Assembly: GCA_037440005.1 (NCBI GenBank)
Contig: JBBIUY010000019.1
Span: 1-52,069 of the forward strand
Reading direction: 5' to 3'
From: Armatimonadota bacterium
GTDB taxonomy: Bacteria > Sysuimicrobiota > Sysuimicrobiia > Sysuimicrobiales > Kaftiobacteriaceae
DNA: 52,069 bases
The position numbers and the translations under genes are program-made. Positions 47,670 to 52,069 of this stretch are shown one piece after another. Position 1 is the first letter of the stretch. The number at the start of each line of letters is the position of its first letter. The notes under the pieces are model-generated. The model saw only the letters and a list, made by a program, of their open reading frames with translations, was not told the origin of the DNA and made no database searches.

Positions 47670-48378
47670 GCACCCGGCGGGCCCACGCCGGATCGTCCAC
47701 GATGACGCCGTCCACCCCCAGGGCGGCGGCCCGGCGCAGCTCCGCCTCGGTGCGCGCCGTCCAGGGCACCACCCGCAGCCCCCGCCCCCGGCACCCGGAC
47801 ATCGCCTCCGCCCCCAGGGCCCCCACCGCCGGCAGCAGGACCGGCACGCCCAGGCGGGCGGCCGCGGCGGGGTCGGGAACCAGCTGCAGCAGCCCCAGGG
47901 CCAGCTCCGGCGCCCGGGCGCGGGTGCGGGCCAGGACCTGAGGGTCAAACGCGGACACCAGCACCTGGTCCGCCATCCCGGTCCGGCGGATCAGGTCGGT
48001 AAGGGCGTCCTCCAGGCCCGGCGCCTTCACCTCCACGTCCACCAGCAGCCGACCCCGGGCCCACTGGAGGACCTCCTCCAGCAGGGGGACGCGCTCTCCC
48101 GCAAAGAGCGGGCTGAACCGGTGTCCGGCGTCCAGGCGCCGGACCTCGGCCAGGGTCAGGCCGCTGACCGGTCCCGTCCCGTCGGTGGTGCGGGAGACGT
48201 CGGCGTCGTGGAGGACTACCAGGTGGCCGTCGGCGGTGGCGCGCACGTCCAGCTCGACCCCGTCGGCGCCGTCGTCGGCCGCCCGGCGGAACGCCGCCAG
48301 GGTGTTTTCCGGCGCCGCGGCCGATGCGCCCCGGTGGGCGATCACCAGAAGGCGGTCGGCCCGCAGCCAGGCGTTCAC
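47641..48378 (-). CDS. Glycerophosphodiester phosphodiesterase (UgpQ-like)
   Basis: IAHRGAS..APENTLAAF, VELDV, VLHD, VEVK; GTGA overlap with the upstream gene. Confidence 0.92.
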   Translation of the reverse strand: MNAWLRADRLLVIAHRGASAAAPENTLAAFRRAADDGADGVELDVRATADGHLVVLHDADVSRTTDGTGPVSGLTLAEVRRLDAGHRFSPLFAGERVPLLEEVLQWARGRLLVDVEVKAPGLEDALTDLIRRTGMADQVLVSAFDPQVLARTRARAPELALGLLQLVPDPAAAARLGVPVLLPAVGALGAEAMSGCRGRGLRVVPWTARTEAELRRAAALGVDGVIVDDPAWARRVLTSPSPSAP

Positions 48379-49286
48379 GGCGGGACCTGGGCCGCCAGCT
48401 GCACGGCGGTGTCGGTGGTGATCTGGTCCACGCCGGCCTGCAGGATCGCCTGCAGCTCCTGCGGGCTGCCCGGCCCGGCGTTGAGCGTCCAGGCGTCCAC
48501 CACCACCGGCCGGCCCAGACGCTCCCGCACAAACGGCACGGGATTGAACCCGTCGGACAGCGCCTGCAGGAGGAACTCCTTGCGCAGGTAGATCTCCTCG
48601 GCCCCGTCCACCACCCGGCACAGGCTGTCCACCCGGTCGGCCAGGTAGGCGCGGACCGGCAGGAGGCGGCGGTAGCCCAGGGGGTGGTCGTCCAGGTAGC
48701 CGTAGGCGTTGACGCGGGTGGGCAGCCGCCCCTCGTCTAGCGGGCTGTCCAGGTACAGCAGAAAGTCCAGCCCCACCGCCAGGGTGGGGTCCAGCCGCCG
48801 CAGCAGGCGCAGGTTCCAGTCCCCCAGACACCCCACCACCACGCGCAGGGCGGGGGTGCGCCGCAGGGGGTCCAGGGCCGCCAGCAGGTGGCGGGCCTGC
48901 TCTTCCGACCAGGGCCGCCAGTGCTTGCAGTCCACCTGCACCTTGACCGGCCGGCGCACGCCGGCCAGGACCGCCGCCACCTCGGACAACGTCGCCGGGG
49001 GCTCGTCGGTGCCGCGCAGCCGCAGGGCCTTCAGCTCCGCGCTGCGGGCGGCCCCCACCGGGCCCCAGCCGGTGGTCTCGGACTCCAGCCGGTCGTCGTG
49101 GAGGAGGGCGTACTCGCCGTCGGCCAGGGGCTGGATGTCGAACTCGATGACCTCGGCCCCGCCGTCCAGCACCTCCCGCAGGGCCGGCAGGCTGTTGGGA
49201 GGATGCCGGCCCGTGCCGGACAGCAGCTTGTGGTACTTCAGTAAGACCTGCCGGCCCCGCCAGGTCAGGGTAGCGGGCAGCCTCAT
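48375..49286 (-). CDS. Divergent GDPD-family phosphodiesterase
   Basis: YHK...PPNSLPAL, IEFDI, LLHDDRL, DAWTL, GVDQITTD. Confidence 0.75.
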   Translation of the reverse strand: MRLPATLTWRGRQVLLKYHKLLSGTGRHPPNSLPALREVLDGGAEVIEFDIQPLADGEYALLHDDRLESETTGWGPVGAARSAELKALRLRGTDEPPATLSEVAAVLAGVRRPVKVQVDCKHWRPWSEEQARHLLAALDPLRRTPALRVVVGCLGDWNLRLLRRLDPTLAVGLDFLLYLDSPLDEGRLPTRVNAYGYLDDHPLGYRRLLPVRAYLADRVDSLCRVVDGAEEIYLRKEFLLQALSDGFNPVPFVRERLGRPVVVDAWTLNAGPGSPQELQAILQAGVDQITTDTAVQLAAQVPP

Positions 49287-50329
49287 GGGCCGATTCGGAC
49301 GCCCGAGGCGTCGAACAGGTGGACCCGGTCCGCCTGCACCCCGACGCCCACTCTCGCCCCCACCGCCGGGCGGTCGGCCTGGTCCACCAGGACCTTCAGC
49401 TCCACCCCGTCCAGGTCCACCGTCACCAGCGCCTGGCGGCCCTGGGACTCCACCACCACGACCCGGCCGGCCAGCTCGCCCCGCAGGTGCAGATCCTCGG
49501 GCCGGACGCCCAGGTACCCCGGGCCGGGCGGCACCGCCGCCGGGAGGGCGAAGCGCTGACGGCCGCAGACGAACTGGCCGTTGGTGAACGTCCCCTCCAG
49601 CAGGTTCATGGGCGGGTGGCCCACGAAGCGGGCCACGAAGGTGGTGGCGGGCCGCCGGTACAGCTCGTCGGGGGAGGCCACCTGCAGCAGCTGGCCCGTG
49701 GAAAAGACCGCCACCCGGTCGGCCATGGCCAGCGCCTCGGCCTGGTCGTGGGTCACCAGGATCGTGGTCACCCCCAGCTCCTGCTGCAGCCTGCGGATCT
49801 CGCCCCGGGCCTGCACCCGGATCTGGGCGTCCAGGTTGGACAGCGGTTCGTCCAGCAGCAGGACCTGGGGCTCTTTCACCAGGGCCCGGGCCAGGGCGGC
49901 CCGCTGCTGCTGGCCGCCGGACACCTGGGCGGGATAGCGGTCCAGTAGCGGCGCGATCCCCAGCAGCTCCGCCGTGCGGCGGACCCGGGCGGCCACCTCC
50001 TGATGGGGGAGCCGCTTCAGCCGCAGGGGGAAGGCGATGTTCTCGAACAGGGTCAGGTGGGGGTACAGGGCGTAGGACTGGAAGACCATCCCCACGTCCC
50101 GGTCCCGGGGGTGCAGGTGGTCCACCCGGCGGTCGTCAAAGTAGATGGCCCCGCTGGTGGGCTGGTAGATGCCGGCGATCATCAGCAGGGTGGTGGTCTT
50201 GCCGCACCCCGACGGGCCCAAAAACGCCACCAGCTCCCCCGCCCCCACCTCCAGGTCCAGGGCGTGCACCGCCACCACCCGGCCGAAGCGCTTGCTCAGG
50301 CGCTCCAGCCTCAGCCGGATGCCCTTCAC
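49283..50329 (-). CDS. Sugar-type ABC ATPase (MalK/UgpC-like)
   Basis: GPSGCGKTT, VFQSYALYPH, VSGGQQQR, LLDEPLSNLD, TOBE-like tail. Confidence 0.95.
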   Translation of the reverse strand: MKGIRLRLERLSKRFGRVVAVHALDLEVGAGELVAFLGPSGCGKTTTLLMIAGIYQPTSGAIYFDDRRVDHLHPRDRDVGMVFQSYALYPHLTLFENIAFPLRLKRLPHQEVAARVRRTAELLGIAPLLDRYPAQVSGGQQQRAALARALVKEPQVLLLDEPLSNLDAQIRVQARGEIRRLQQELGVTTILVTHDQAEALAMADRVAVFSTGQLLQVASPDELYRRPATTFVARFVGHPPMNLLEGTFTNGQFVCGRQRFALPAAVPPGPGYLGVRPEDLHLRGELAGRVVVVESQGRQALVTVDLDGVELKVLVDQADRPAVGARVGVGVQADRVHLFDASGVRIGP

Positions 50330-51150
50330 CCTTTCACGCCCCCCGCGTAGATGTTCAGCAGGTAGCGCTGGCCCAGGACGAACAGGACCAGGACCGGCGC
50401 CGCGTAGGTCAGCCCCACCGCCGCCATCATCCCGAAGTCGGTGAACGCCTCGCTGAGGAAGCTCTGCATGTACATGGCCATGGTCCACCGCTGGCTGCTG
50501 ACGATCAGGGTGAACGGCAGGATGAACTCGCCCCACGCCGACAGCAGGGCGAAGGTGCCCAGGGCCAGCAGCCCCGGCCGGACCAGAGGCAGGGCGATCC
50601 TCCAGAAGACCCCCCACCGGGACATGCCGTCCACCAGGGCCGCCATCTCGATCTCCCAGGACAGGTAGTCGAAAAAGCCCTTCATCAGCCAGATCCCCAG
50701 GGGCAGCTCCAGGGCCACCTTCACCAGGATGACCCCGGCCAGGGTGTCAAACAGCCCCAGCAGCCGCAGGATGTAGAAGATGGCGATCAGCAGGCTCACC
50801 GCGGGAAAGGCGTGCAGGACCAGGACCAGCCCCAAAAACGCCCGGCGGCCGGGAAAGGCCATTCGGGAGATGGCGTAGGCCGCCAGGGACGCCACCACCA
50901 CCTCCAGGGCCGCCACCACGGTGGCGAAGATCAGGGAGTTTAGCAGCGGGACCCGCAGGGGCGGCCGGCCGCCCACCGGCTGCCAGAGGAAGCGCCAGTT
51001 CTCCGGCGACCACCCGCCCACCGGCAGCAGGCCGTGCACCTGGTCGAACCACCCGGTCAGCAGCAGCCACAGGACCCCGGCGCCGATGGGCAGGGTGAGG
51101 ACGGCCAGCACGGCCACCAGCAGGCGCCACCGGGGAGGCAGCAGGGGCAT
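50326..51150 (-). CDS. Carbohydrate-type ABC permease (MalG-like)
   Basis: EIEMAALVDG EAA loop, AWGEF; ATG overlaps the upstream TGA. Confidence 0.9.
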   Translation of the reverse strand: MPLLPPRWRLLVAVLAVLTLPIGAGVLWLLLTGWFDQVHGLLPVGGWSPENWRFLWQPVGGRPPLRVPLLNSLIFATVVAALEVVVASLAAYAISRMAFPGRRAFLGLVLVLHAFPAVSLLIAIFYILRLLGLFDTLAGVILVKVALELPLGIWLMKGFFDYLSWEIEMAALVDGMSRWGVFWRIALPLVRPGLLALGTFALLSAWGEFILPFTLIVSSQRWTMAMYMQSFLSEAFTDFGMMAAVGLTYAAPVLVLFVLGQRYLLNIYAGGVKG

Positions 51151-52061
51151 CAGGACACCTCGATCTTGGGCTCGCCCACCAGCGCCCGGAAGTTGAAGAC
51201 CCGCAGGTACAGGACCGACACCCCCACCCCGATCACCACCAGGACCGCGGCCATGGCCGCCCCCAGGCCGAACTGGACGTTGCCGTAGTAGTTGGACAAA
51301 GCCAGCTTGTAGGCGTGCAGGGACCATACGGTGGTGGTGTAAAAGCCCGGCCCGCCGTCGGTGAGCAGGAGGATGTACTCGAAGGAGGTGAGCAGCGACA
51401 GGGTCTGGTAGGCGGTGACGAACAGGATGGGCCAGCGCAGCAGCGGCAGAACCACCCGCCGCACCGTCTGCCCGGTGGTGGCGCCGTCCACCGCCGCCGC
51501 GTAGAACAGCTCCGGGGACAACGACCGGATCGCCGAGGTGAAGATGAGCATGCCAAAGGACGCGCCCACCAGCCCGTTGGCCAGGATCACCGTGGCCCAC
51601 GGGTGGCTGCTGATCCACCCCCGGGAGCTGCCGGTGAGGATGCCCAGCAGCCCGTAGGGAGCCTCGCGGCTGATCCCCTGCCAGACCAGCACGTACACCA
51701 CCGGCGGCAGGATGCGGGGCAGCAGCCAGAGGGCCCGGACCTGGTTGCCCACTCCCGGCCGCACGGCGGTGGTCAGCAGGGCCAGGGTCAACCCCATCCC
51801 CACGTTGAACAGCAGGGTCAGGCCCACGTACCGCACCGTGTTCAGCAGGATCCGGGGCAGGAACGGGTCGGTGAGCAGGTCCCGGTAGTTGGCCAGCCCC
51901 ACCCACCGGGGCTGGCGGAACGTCAGGGTGGAGATGTCGGTGAAGGACAGGGCGAGGGTGGCCGCCACCGGGACCAGGAAGAACAGCAGGATCAGCGCCC
52001 CCGCCGGGGCCAGGAACAGCAGGGGCGTGGCGGCCCGCGCCGCCCGCGCGCCGGCCCGCAC
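51150..52061 (-). CDS. Carbohydrate-type ABC permease (MalF-like); start close to the window edge
   Basis: FLAPA, WVGLANY, AAAVDGA, LLTDGGP. Confidence 0.9.
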   Translation of the reverse strand: MRAGARAARAATPLLFLAPAGALILLFFLVPVAATLALSFTDISTLTFRQPRWVGLANYRDLLTDPFLPRILLNTVRYVGLTLLFNVGMGLTLALLTTAVRPGVGNQVRALWLLPRILPPVVYVLVWQGISREAPYGLLGILTGSSRGWISSHPWATVILANGLVGASFGMLIFTSAIRSLSPELFYAAAVDGATTGQTVRRVVLPLLRWPILFVTAYQTLSLLTSFEYILLLTDGGPGFYTTTVWSLHAYKLALSNYYGNVQFGLGAAMAAVLVVIGVGVSVLYLRVFNFRALVGEPKIEVS

Positions 52062-52069
52062 CCGGGCCG

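Overview
Very GC-rich bacterial chromosomal window. Its regulatory logic looks Terrabacterial (CIRCE, PurBox-like sites, GlpP-type attenuator); the lineage cannot be fixed from sequence alone. Left to right: (1) a partial membrane-protein gene. (2) A ~7 kb nitric-oxide response cluster: an NnrR/Dnr-like Crp/Fnr regulator divergent from DUF1858, a frameshifted hemerythrin, DUF59/SufT, a Cys-less Mrp, a hemerythrin-DUF2249 fusion, an NnrS-like membrane protein and an atypical quinol-type NO reductase. (3) A 12-gene purine operon, purD-E-A-B-C-S-Q-L-F-M-N-H, with no purK, a sigma70 promoter and two PurBox-like sites. (4) groES-groEL with CIRCE and an upstream DnaA-box-like triplet. (5) tsaE-tsaB-rimI-tsaD, preceded by ATP-dependent DNA ligase-nfeD, a pheA/D-cysteine desulfhydrase/DUF2993/C26 block and alr. 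(6) A glucose/galactose-type ABC transporter lacking an ATPase, divergent galK, and nnrDE. (7) An unannotated ~170 nt structured RNA with 6S-RNA architecture. (8) A glycerol/glycerophosphodiester region: glpD-GH31-garR-like genes behind a GlpP-type attenuator, glpP, deletion remnants of glpK, ugpB and ugpE, and two GDPD genes with a sugar-type ABC transporter. No transposase, CRISPR array, tRNA or rRNA was seen. Start codons were re-chosen by hand from stop/start overlaps and RBS position, because many track ORFs are over-extended. Family assignments and reference motifs are from memory, not from database searches.
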